Assembly: GCA_027320085.1 (NCBI GenBank)
Contig: DAHVLZ010000018.1
Span: 96,214-160,213, forward strand
Length of the DNA stretch: 64,000 nucleotides
From: Pseudomonadota bacterium
GTDB taxonomy: Bacteria; Pseudomonadota; Gammaproteobacteria; JAKAQQ01
Direction of reading: 5' to 3'
Below are positions 1 through 7,818 of this stretch, piece by piece. Position numbers and translations under genes: made by a program. Every line of letters starts with the position of its first letter. Position 1 is the stretch's first letter. Under the pieces are notes generated by a model. That model was not told where the DNA came from. It searched no databases and saw only the letters and a program-made list of their open reading frames with translations.

Positions 1-16
1 GGATCGGCTGGCCCTC

Positions 17-736
17 TTGGCCGCGGCCCGGCCGTGGGGAGACGATTTGCTCTTGTTCTTGTTTCTGGATCCTTCGATCTACGCTCATCCCGGCCGCCTG
101 CCGGTCCTGCTGCGCCGGCGGCTCCTGCCACCGGTTCTGGCAGTCGGCCATTACCGGCTCGCTGCCCGTTTGATCCAGGGCCTCACCCAACCCCTGCAGG
201 GCATGCCGACCGGTGAATGGCCGCTCATTCGGTTCCGGACCGAACTTTACGGGGGCCGTGAGAGGCGGGCCCTTCGCTTTCTCAAGCGACTGGTCGGACG
301 CTGTGATCCCTGTCCGTCTGGACGGAGGTGGCTTGCGCAAGCCTTCCATCTTGAACGGCTGGGTCACAATGCAGCCGCCCTGTCGCTTTTGCGCGCGCTT
401 TATAAAACGAGCCACGGGTCGAAATCGAAGCGTGAACTCCTATACTGGATAGCCGACGCGGAAGGTCGCCTCGGACACTGGCGGCACGCCGCGCGGGAGG
501 CTTTGCTGTCGGCAATCCGGCCGAATCCGTTCAACATGGACCCTTGGGCGCAAAGTGCCCGTTTCAAGGCAGCCCAGGCACTCGCCCGGGCGGGATTGAT
601 CCGCGATGCGCTGGATCAGTACCAAGCCCTGTTTAATGCCACTTCCCGGCCCACTGAAAAAGCAATTATTTATAATAAAATAATAAAGTTAAGGATTAAA
701 TTAAATCTTGAATCTCATACAAAGCCCCATGGATGA
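17..736 (+). CDS. TPR-like helical-repeat protein, probably 5'-partial (begins upstream of the window)
   Basis: Ala/Leu/Arg-rich helical repeats (ELLYWIADAEGRLGHWRHAA; ARFKAAQALARAGLIRDALDQYQAL) resemble TPR units; the TTG start at 17 is probably an artefact of the window edge. Confidence 0.5.
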   Translation: MAAARPWGDDLLLFLFLDPSIYAHPGRLPVLLRRRLLPPVLAVGHYRLAARLIQGLTQPLQGMPTGEWPLIRFRTELYGGRERRALRFLKRLVGRCDPCPSGRRWLAQAFHLERLGHNAAALSLLRALYKTSHGSKSKRELLYWIADAEGRLGHWRHAAREALLSAIRPNPFNMDPWAQSARFKAAQALARAGLIRDALDQYQALFNATSRPTEKAIIYNKIIKLRIKLNLESHTKPHG

Positions 737-2186
737 TTCGGCCTTGCCCGATGAACACCCCAATCCCGGGGTCCGCGAAGGTGCTACGTCCCGGCCGGCT
801 TCCCAGCTCCGCTGGACCGAGGAGCTTTCGATCCTTTGCGAGGCCACCCGTCTGCTTGAGGACTCATTTGATGCCTGCCCGTCTTTTGATGTGGACTGGG
901 ATGCGGGCGCAATGCGCCATGTGCTCACGGAACTGGCCGGGGAGCTGGCCGACAATGACCCTTATTTCCATCCGCTTTATGCCGGCCAGATGCTCAAGCC
1001 GCCGCATCCGGTGGCTCGCATGGCATGGGCCCTATCCCTTTTCATCAATGCCAACAATCATGCACTGGATGGAGGGCGGGCCACCTCGCGACTCGAAAAA
1101 TCCTGCATCCGATCCCTCGGCCGGCTTTTCGGATGGACGGATCCTTTGGGTCATCTGACCGGCGGGGGGACTGTCGCCAACCTGGAAGCGCTTTGGGTCG
1201 CACGTGAACGTCAACCCGACCGTCGGGCCATCGTCGCCTCTGAGGAGGCACACTATACGCACCGTCGTATGGCGGGCCTGCTGGGCGTCCCGTTTGTCCC
1301 GGTCCCCGTCGATGCCCGTGGGCGCATGCAAATGGTGGCCCTCGATGCCGCACTCGAACGCCATGATGTGGGAGTCGTCGTGGCGACGGTCGGCACAACC
1401 GGCTGGGGGGCAACCGATCCGGTCGATGAAATTCTCCGCCGACGCGAACGGCATGGCTTCCGCCTGCATGCCGATGCTGCGTACGGCGGCTATTTCTCCC
1501 TGGTCTCGGAACATTTCGAGCCCCCGACCCGGAAGGCTTTCGAAGCCCTGCGTGACTGCGATTCGATCGTGATTGATCCCCACAAGCACGGGCTCCAGCC
1601 CTACGGTTCGGGTGCGGTGTTGTTCCGTCGTCCGGAAGATGCACGGGTCTATGCCCACGACTCCCCCTATACTTACTACACGGCATCGGGCGGCCATCTC
1701 GGGGAGATCAGCCTCGAGTGCTCACGGCCGGGGGCCGCGGCAGCTGCCCTGTGGTGCACTCTGCGCCTTTTCCCGCTGGAACCCGGGGGCGTATTCGCAA
1801 AACAACTCTGGACCGGCTGCTCGGCGGCACGTGATCTTGCGGATGACCTGGCGCACGATTCGAAATGGACTATACTGAACGCGCCCGAGCTGGATATCCT
1901 CGTGTTTTCCGCACGGGCCAGGTCGGTTCGTGAGGCGGGCCGGCTTAACCGAAGGATTTTCGAGGAGGCGCGTCGTCAGGGATTATACCTGGCACTTTTC
2001 GAGGCCCCATCCCACCGCCTGTTGTCAACTCAACCGGCCATTGAGATGGATCAACCGACCGTGAGCGTACTCCGCTCCTGTCTCATGAAACCAGAACACA
2101 GGGGTTGGCGTGGAGAGTATGTTCGTCGTCTCGAGGCGGCTTGGACGGGATCCCGCGAGGTTACGAATGCGAACCGGACCCCATGA
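729..2186 (+). CDS. Group II PLP-dependent decarboxylase (glutamate/tyrosine/aspartate decarboxylase family), substrate unknown
   Basis: GGGTVANLEAL, SEEAHY, HADAAYGG and DPHK (PLP lysine) motifs; ATG at 729 overlaps the upstream gene's end. Confidence 0.85.
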   Translation: MDDSALPDEHPNPGVREGATSRPASQLRWTEELSILCEATRLLEDSFDACPSFDVDWDAGAMRHVLTELAGELADNDPYFHPLYAGQMLKPPHPVARMAWALSLFINANNHALDGGRATSRLEKSCIRSLGRLFGWTDPLGHLTGGGTVANLEALWVARERQPDRRAIVASEEAHYTHRRMAGLLGVPFVPVPVDARGRMQMVALDAALERHDVGVVVATVGTTGWGATDPVDEILRRRERHGFRLHADAAYGGYFSLVSEHFEPPTRKAFEALRDCDSIVIDPHKHGLQPYGSGAVLFRRPEDARVYAHDSPYTYYTASGGHLGEISLECSRPGAAAAALWCTLRLFPLEPGGVFAKQLWTGCSAARDLADDLAHDSKWTILNAPELDILVFSARARSVREAGRLNRRIFEEARRQGLYLALFEAPSHRLLSTQPAIEMDQPTVSVLRSCLMKPEHRGWRGEYVRRLEAAWTGSREVTNANRTP

Positions 2187-2232
2187 ACTTTTTGGACCGA
2201 CCGTTTTGATTCCCCCTGTGGAGGACTAACTG

Positions 2233-4125
2233 ATGAGTCAACCTGAATCCGGGGCCTGGAAGGCCCTGAAAACGTTTTGGCGAGGCATCAACCTTGTCCG
2301 TCTGCTCATCATCAACCTGCTGTTTTTCGGGTTTCTTGCCCTGGTCTTGTTCGTGGTGCTGCAACACCGGAAAACCCCGGTAGCCGAACCCAACCACCTC
2401 GTTCTGGAGATCGGGCCTGCCGGCCGTCTCGTTGAACAGACCCACAATCCGGTCGGCCGGGCCATCGCCCATCTGGAACACATTCCATCCGGCCATGAGA
2501 CGGGCCTGGCGGACGTCCTTCGGGGCATCCGGCTCGCCTCCCGCGATCCCCACATCCGGGCCATCGTCCTCGATACCGACCGTTTTACCGGCGGCGGAAT
2601 GCCCGAAATCGACTCGGTGCGACGGGCTCTTTTGCATTTCGAGAAAACCGGCAAACCGGTGATCGCCATCGGCCGGAGCTATGACACGTCCCAGTATCTC
2701 CTGGCCTCCGTCGCGACCCAGATCGATGTGTCTCCGGAGGGGGGTGTGATCCCCAGCGGCTTCGGACTGTACGAACCTTACCTGGCTCAGTTGCTCAAGC
2801 GTCTCGGGGTCGATGTCTACGTGGTCCGGGTTGGAAAATACAAGGATGCCGTCGAGCCGTTACTCCGCAATCACATGACTGCGCCGTCGCGCAAACAGTG
2901 GACGGCCTATCTCACGGGCCTCTGGACGCACTACGAACATGAAGTGGCGGTCTCACGTGACCTGCCACCGGATGCGGTGGGCGACTATGTCGGCCAGGCG
3001 GTCTCCGCCCTCCGGAAAAATGGAGGGGACATGGCCCGCTATGCCCTGGCCGCTCATCTTGTGACCGCCATCCAGACCCGCCCCGAGATCCATGCAGCCC
3101 TGCGAGGCTTGGTGGGTCCCTCGGGTGCCGGTCGCACGGGTTTCCACCATCTGGGACTCATGGCCTACTTGGCCCTGCACCCGAAAGTTGTGGATCTCAC
3201 AGGCAAGCCGGAAATTGCCCTGATCCACGCCGATGGGGATATCGTGAGCGGGTCGGCTCCTCCCGGCGAAATCGGCAGCCGGAGTTTGGTGAACCTGATT
3301 CGTGCGGCCCGTCGTGATACTCAGGTCAAGGCACTGGTCCTGCGGGTCAACAGCCCGGGTGGCAGCGCGGCCGCCTCGGATGAGATCCTGCATGCGATCG
3401 TGGCCTTTGAACAGACCGGCCGGCCCGTGGTGGTCTCGATGGGCGACATGGCCGCATCGGGAGGATACTGGATTTCCATGGCGGCCGATCGGATTTACGC
3501 CGAGCCGACCACCCTGACTGGATCCATCGGCATCTTCGGCATTTTTCCCGACGTCGCCCCGCTGCTTGCGAAGATCGGAATCTCGGTTCACGGCGTGGGC
3601 ACAACCCCGCTCTCTGGCCAATTCAACCCGATGCGGCCCCTGTCACAGACGGCCCGGACCCTGTTCCGGATCGAAGTGCTTCATGGGTACCAGGATTTTA
3701 TCGACCAGGTGGCCCATTTCAGACACTTGACACCCCAGCGCGTCAATGCGATCGGACGAGGCCATATCTGGATCGGCCGGACCGCGATCCGGCTGGGCCT
3801 GGTCAATGACCTGGGTGGATTGTCGGATGCCCTCCGGGGAGCAGCCCAGTTGAGCCACCTGGTCCATTATCAGGTGGTCACTTTCCAAAAACCACTGCCC
3901 CTCTATGTCCATTTTCTCCTGTCGCTGTCCCGTTTGAGTCCGGGCGGATCATCCGCTGCGGCACAAATCCTGAACCCGTCGCTGCCCGGCTGGCTGGGCC
4001 TCTTGGAGCGTCTGCCCGGGATGTCAGGCACCGGGTCGGTTTTGCGGTCCGAACTCGGTTTCCTGAAGAGCCGGCGGGGCGTCTACGCCTACTGTCTGGG
4101 TTGTCGCGTCGCCCTGCTCCATTGA
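2233..4125 (+). CDS. sppA: Signal peptide peptidase SppA (protease IV, 67K type)
   Basis: N-terminal TM helix; RVGKYKDAVEP, LRVNSPGGS, SMGDMAASGGYW and TLTGSIGIF motifs; GGAGG RBS upstream. Confidence 0.95.
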   Translation: MSQPESGAWKALKTFWRGINLVRLLIINLLFFGFLALVLFVVLQHRKTPVAEPNHLVLEIGPAGRLVEQTHNPVGRAIAHLEHIPSGHETGLADVLRGIRLASRDPHIRAIVLDTDRFTGGGMPEIDSVRRALLHFEKTGKPVIAIGRSYDTSQYLLASVATQIDVSPEGGVIPSGFGLYEPYLAQLLKRLGVDVYVVRVGKYKDAVEPLLRNHMTAPSRKQWTAYLTGLWTHYEHEVAVSRDLPPDAVGDYVGQAVSALRKNGGDMARYALAAHLVTAIQTRPEIHAALRGLVGPSGAGRTGFHHLGLMAYLALHPKVVDLTGKPEIALIHADGDIVSGSAPPGEIGSRSLVNLIRAARRDTQVKALVLRVNSPGGSAAASDEILHAIVAFEQTGRPVVVSMGDMAASGGYWISMAADRIYAEPTTLTGSIGIFGIFPDVAPLLAKIGISVHGVGTTPLSGQFNPMRPLSQTARTLFRIEVLHGYQDFIDQVAHFRHLTPQRVNAIGRGHIWIGRTAIRLGLVNDLGGLSDALRGAAQLSHLVHYQVVTFQKPLPLYVHFLLSLSRLSPGGSSAAAQILNPSLPGWLGLLERLPGMSGTGSVLRSELGFLKSRRGVYAYCLGCRVALLH

Positions 4126-4141
4126 ACAGGATCACCCCGCA

Positions 4142-4516
4142 TCAGTGAAATAAGGCGGCGAGAAGCTGTCCTGAAAGAACGGCAATCACAAGGAAATTGA
4201 GGATCATCCCGGAGGCCCGGCCAAAGCTCGGGCCGGTGCTCCGGGACAGTCCCCAGCCGTGCAGCAGGCGTCCCAGGAGAAAAAGGATACCGAGCCCGAT
4301 GACCTCGGGCTGCTTGGCGGTCGTGAGCGCCGCCATGAGCAAAAGGAGGAGGGTTAACGGAGCGATCTCGACGGCGTTGGCATGGACCCGGATGGCCCGT
4401 TCCAGTTCCGGATGACCGCCGTCCCCGATGCCGGTGGCGAGACGCCAGCGCAGCCGGATGACACGCAGGGCCAGCCAGACGATCCAGAGTGCGGTCAGGG
4501 CCGTGATGACGCTCAT
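4142..4516 (-). CDS. MAPEG family membrane protein (YecN-like)
   Basis: GIGDGG-x4-ERAIRVHAN and GRLLHGWG motifs; ATG at 4516 gives about 124 aa. Confidence 0.85.
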   Translation of the reverse strand: MSVITALTALWIVWLALRVIRLRWRLATGIGDGGHPELERAIRVHANAVEIAPLTLLLLLMAALTTAKQPEVIGLGILFLLGRLLHGWGLSRSTGPSFGRASGMILNFLVIAVLSGQLLAALFH

Positions 4517-4583
4517 CGCGATCAGGTTGTGCCGGATGGTGGGTACAAAAAAGACAATTTGTGGAATATGCAAGTAAAAATCC

Positions 4584-5093
4584 TCAGGAGGGTGTGGGGC
4601 AACCAGATTCAGGAGGAGCGGACGAATCCGTGGGGGAGGCCGTATCCACCGGCGGGTTTTCCTCGTGGCGGATCGCCACGAGGAGAGAGGTGGACAGTCG
4701 TTCCACGATCTGGGCCGAAGTTGGCGACCGCCACCACTTCTCAATCCCGCGCCGTCGGTGGTATCCCAAAACCACGAGGTCCGCGTGAACCGCCTCGGCC
4801 ATGCGCACGATCACCTCCATCGGTTCACCTTGTTCGAGATGGCCCTCGCAGCGCAGCCCCCGGCTTTTCAACCGCTCGATTCCTTCGTCCAGAATATCCT
4901 GGAAACGGTTGATTTCGCTCGCGACGGCACCGCCCGCGGCCAAGGATTCCGCCCCCAGCACCGATGGGGGCAGGTGGACGATGGCCAGCAGGTGGGTGCA
5001 AGCTCCGCAGCAGGCCGCGAGTTCCGCGCCTTCCCGGAGGGCCAGCCGGCTTTCCCGGGTTCCATCGTAGGCCAGGAGGATCGATCGATACAT
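4584..5093 (-). CDS. Universal stress protein (UspA family)
   Basis: MYRSILLAYDG, G-x-P-x-x-x-I and ADLVVLG motifs; directly downstream of the MFS gene. Confidence 0.9.
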   Translation of the reverse strand: MYRSILLAYDGTRESRLALREGAELAACCGACTHLLAIVHLPPSVLGAESLAAGGAVASEINRFQDILDEGIERLKSRGLRCEGHLEQGEPMEVIVRMAEAVHADLVVLGYHRRRGIEKWWRSPTSAQIVERLSTSLLVAIRHEENPPVDTASPTDSSAPPESGCPTPS

Positions 5094-5096
5094 CGC

Positions 5097-6653
5097 CTAG
5101 TCTCCCAAGGACGCATGGACCGGAGAGGTTCCCCCCCGGTCCGGCTTTTTCACGATCAAAATGAGGGGAATCATGACAATGAACGACCAGCCGATGAAGC
5201 GGAAACAGTCCAAAAACGCCAGCATGCTGGCATGTCGCTCGAGGTTGAGGCCCAGGAGTACGGCAAATGGCCGGTTTACCCGCAAGAGTCCGGAGTGATG
5301 GAGGTAGGATTGCAAGGCCGGATTGAAGCGGTTGATGTGCCCTCCGAGAGTATTCCAGTTGACCTGTGTCTCGTCGGTCAGCAGGGTCGAAACGATCGAG
5401 ATGCCGATGGAGGAACCGATGGTTCGAAGCAGGTTGTACATGCCGGCAGCCTCGGCTGATTCCCGGGGGGGGAGGGTGGAATAGGCAATGGTCGCGAGGG
5501 GAACGAACAGCATCCCCATCCCCACGCCCTGGACCAGGATTGGCCAGAGCACCCAAAACATGTTGATGTGGAGATTGTACCAGTCGAGCGCAAACGTGCC
5601 GATGGCCGACAGCACCACGCCCACCAGCACCAGGAGACGTGCATCGACCCGGTGGATCAGGCGCCCGACCATGAACATGCCGGCCATGCTGGCCAGCCCG
5701 CGCGGAGCCATGATGAGACCCGTGGTCAGGACCGGATAGTTCAAGAGCCCCTCGAGCAGTTCCGGTTGCAGGATCAGCGTACCGTACATGCCGAGGCCCA
5801 TGACGGCAATGAGGAAACAGGAACTTGAAAAGTTTTGATCCCGGAACAGGCGGAGATCGAAAATGGTCTGACGGCCGCGGTTTCGCAGCGAATGCCAGAG
5901 GAACCCGACGAGACCGAGACCCGACAGCACGGTGAGCAAACGGATGGTATTGGAGGCAAACCAGTCATCCGTGTTGCCACGGTCAAGGACGATCTGGAGG
6001 GCCCCGATGGCGAACGCGAGCGTGACCAGGCCGGTCCAATCCATGCGACGGGGGCGGCGTCCGGTGTCCGGGACCACCATGGCGGTGAGAAGGAGACAAA
6101 GAATGCCGATCGGCAAGTTGACATAGAAGTCCCAGCGCCAGGACAAAACCTGAGTGAGGTAGCCTCCCACGGTAGGTCCCAGGATCGGTCCGGCCATCAC
6201 GCCGATGCCCCAGATGGCCATCGCCCGGCCTCGTTGCTCCACGGGGTAAGTCTGCACCAGAACCGATTGCGAAAGCGGCGAGAGGGCCGCCCCGAACATG
6301 CCTTGCAACAGCCGGAACACGACAATTTCGGCCAGCGACGTCGCCATTCCGCACAAGCCGGAGGTGACGAGAAAACCGAAAATCGAGATCAAAAAGTAAC
6401 GTCTCTGGCCCAGACGGTCCGTCAGAAATCCGGTCAGGGGCATGAGGATGGCCGAGGAGACGAGATAGCTCGTAAGGACCCAGGTGATCTGGTCGCTCGT
6501 GGCACCGAGCTGCCCTTGCATCTTGGGCAGGGCAACGTTGACGATCGTGATATCAATGACCTGCATCACGGTGGCCATCATGACGGCCACCGTGATCAGA
6601 AAGCGGGATGTGGGAGCGGGGTTTTCGGGAACCGGAATGTCAGTGGGAGACAT
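5097..6653 (-). CDS. emrB: DHA2 family (EmrB/QacA) MFS efflux permease
   Basis: MQVIDITIVNVALP, WVLTSYL, GPILGPTVGGY and WRWDFYVNLPIG; about 14 TM segments. Confidence 0.9.
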   Translation of the reverse strand: MSPTDIPVPENPAPTSRFLITVAVMMATVMQVIDITIVNVALPKMQGQLGATSDQITWVLTSYLVSSAILMPLTGFLTDRLGQRRYFLISIFGFLVTSGLCGMATSLAEIVVFRLLQGMFGAALSPLSQSVLVQTYPVEQRGRAMAIWGIGVMAGPILGPTVGGYLTQVLSWRWDFYVNLPIGILCLLLTAMVVPDTGRRPRRMDWTGLVTLAFAIGALQIVLDRGNTDDWFASNTIRLLTVLSGLGLVGFLWHSLRNRGRQTIFDLRLFRDQNFSSSCFLIAVMGLGMYGTLILQPELLEGLLNYPVLTTGLIMAPRGLASMAGMFMVGRLIHRVDARLLVLVGVVLSAIGTFALDWYNLHINMFWVLWPILVQGVGMGMLFVPLATIAYSTLPPRESAEAAGMYNLLRTIGSSIGISIVSTLLTDETQVNWNTLGGHINRFNPALQSYLHHSGLLRVNRPFAVLLGLNLERHASMLAFLDCFRFIGWSFIVMIPLILIVKKPDRGGTSPVHASLGD

Positions 6654-7692
6654 GAGCCTTGGTGGAGTGAGCGCCATGATCCAGGACTTGAATGGTCACA
6701 CTGGCACTGGCGCCCACCCGCAGCGGGTAGGCCGCGCTCGGGTCGAGAACGGCGATGCGGACTGGAACACGCTGGGTCACCTTGACCCAGTTCCCGGTGG
6801 CATTTTCGGGTGGCAGCAGGGAAAAGGCGGTCCCGGCCGCCGGGCTGATGCTGATGACCCGGCCCTGGAAGCGGTGCCCCGGGTACATGTCGACATGAAT
6901 GCGGGCCGGATCTCCCACCCGGATACGCGAGAGGTCGGTTTCCTTGTAGTTGGCATTGACCCACCAAAAATGCGAACAGACAATCACAAAGGGTGCCTGT
7001 CCCGCCATCGCCATGTTGCCGGAACGGAGCTTGACCTTGGCGGCCTCCCCATCACAGGTCGAGTAAACATGGGTCTGCTTGAGCCGCCAGAGGGCGTTAT
7101 TGAGGTTGGCCTGGGCGATCTCGATGAGCTGGTTATGCGGTCCGGGCTGTCCCAGTTTCCGGCGGGCTGCTTCCAGCTGGGATTCGGCCAGATGGAGGCG
7201 GGCTCGGGCGCTTTTTAGGGCCGCAATCGCATCATCGTAGTTCTGGGTCGTGGCGTAGCCCTCGCCCAGGAGGTTGTGGGTTCGCTGCGCATTGAGCCGA
7301 TCGTTGACATAGATGGCGTGGGCGAAAGCCACGTTGGCCTGGTCGGCCTCGACCTCGGCGACTTCGGCATGGACATCCCGCAAGGCCTCGGTCAGTTCGG
7401 CTCGGGCCCGGGCGACTGCAATCCGAAAGGGTGTGGAATCAATCCGGAACAGGAGCTCGCCATTTTTGACCTGTTCATGGTTGTGGACGAAAACGCTTGC
7501 GATCCGGCCGGAAACGAGAGGAGCCGGACGGACAACGTGTGCATCCAGGTACGCGTCTTCCGTATTCGGATGATATTTGCTGTATTCGAAGTACCCATAG
7601 CCACCGCCTATCAAACCCAAACCCACCACGGTGAGCAGGGACCAGCGGATGATCTTGCGCACGGATAAACCTCCGGAAAGGGAAAGGGACAA
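6640..7692 (-). CDS. emrA: HlyD/EmrA-type membrane fusion protein
   Basis: TEDAYL, WVNANYKET and GTAFSLLPPENATGNWVKVTQRVPVRI signature; overlaps emrB. Confidence 0.9.
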   Translation of the reverse strand: MSLSLSGGLSVRKIIRWSLLTVVGLGLIGGGYGYFEYSKYHPNTEDAYLDAHVVRPAPLVSGRIASVFVHNHEQVKNGELLFRIDSTPFRIAVARARAELTEALRDVHAEVAEVEADQANVAFAHAIYVNDRLNAQRTHNLLGEGYATTQNYDDAIAALKSARARLHLAESQLEAARRKLGQPGPHNQLIEIAQANLNNALWRLKQTHVYSTCDGEAAKVKLRSGNMAMAGQAPFVIVCSHFWWVNANYKETDLSRIRVGDPARIHVDMYPGHRFQGRVISISPAAGTAFSLLPPENATGNWVKVTQRVPVRIAVLDPSAAYPLRVGASASVTIQVLDHGAHSTKAHVSH

Positions 7693-7818
7693 CCGATTCG
7701 CCGTCCCCCGGGAAGTGGGAAGCTCCGGTCGGCCGGGAGGCGAGCCGGGGAAACAGGACCTATTTTAGCCTATAAACGGCCGGCCTCTATGCGGCTGCCG
7801 AACCCTGGGGTGCGCCTC

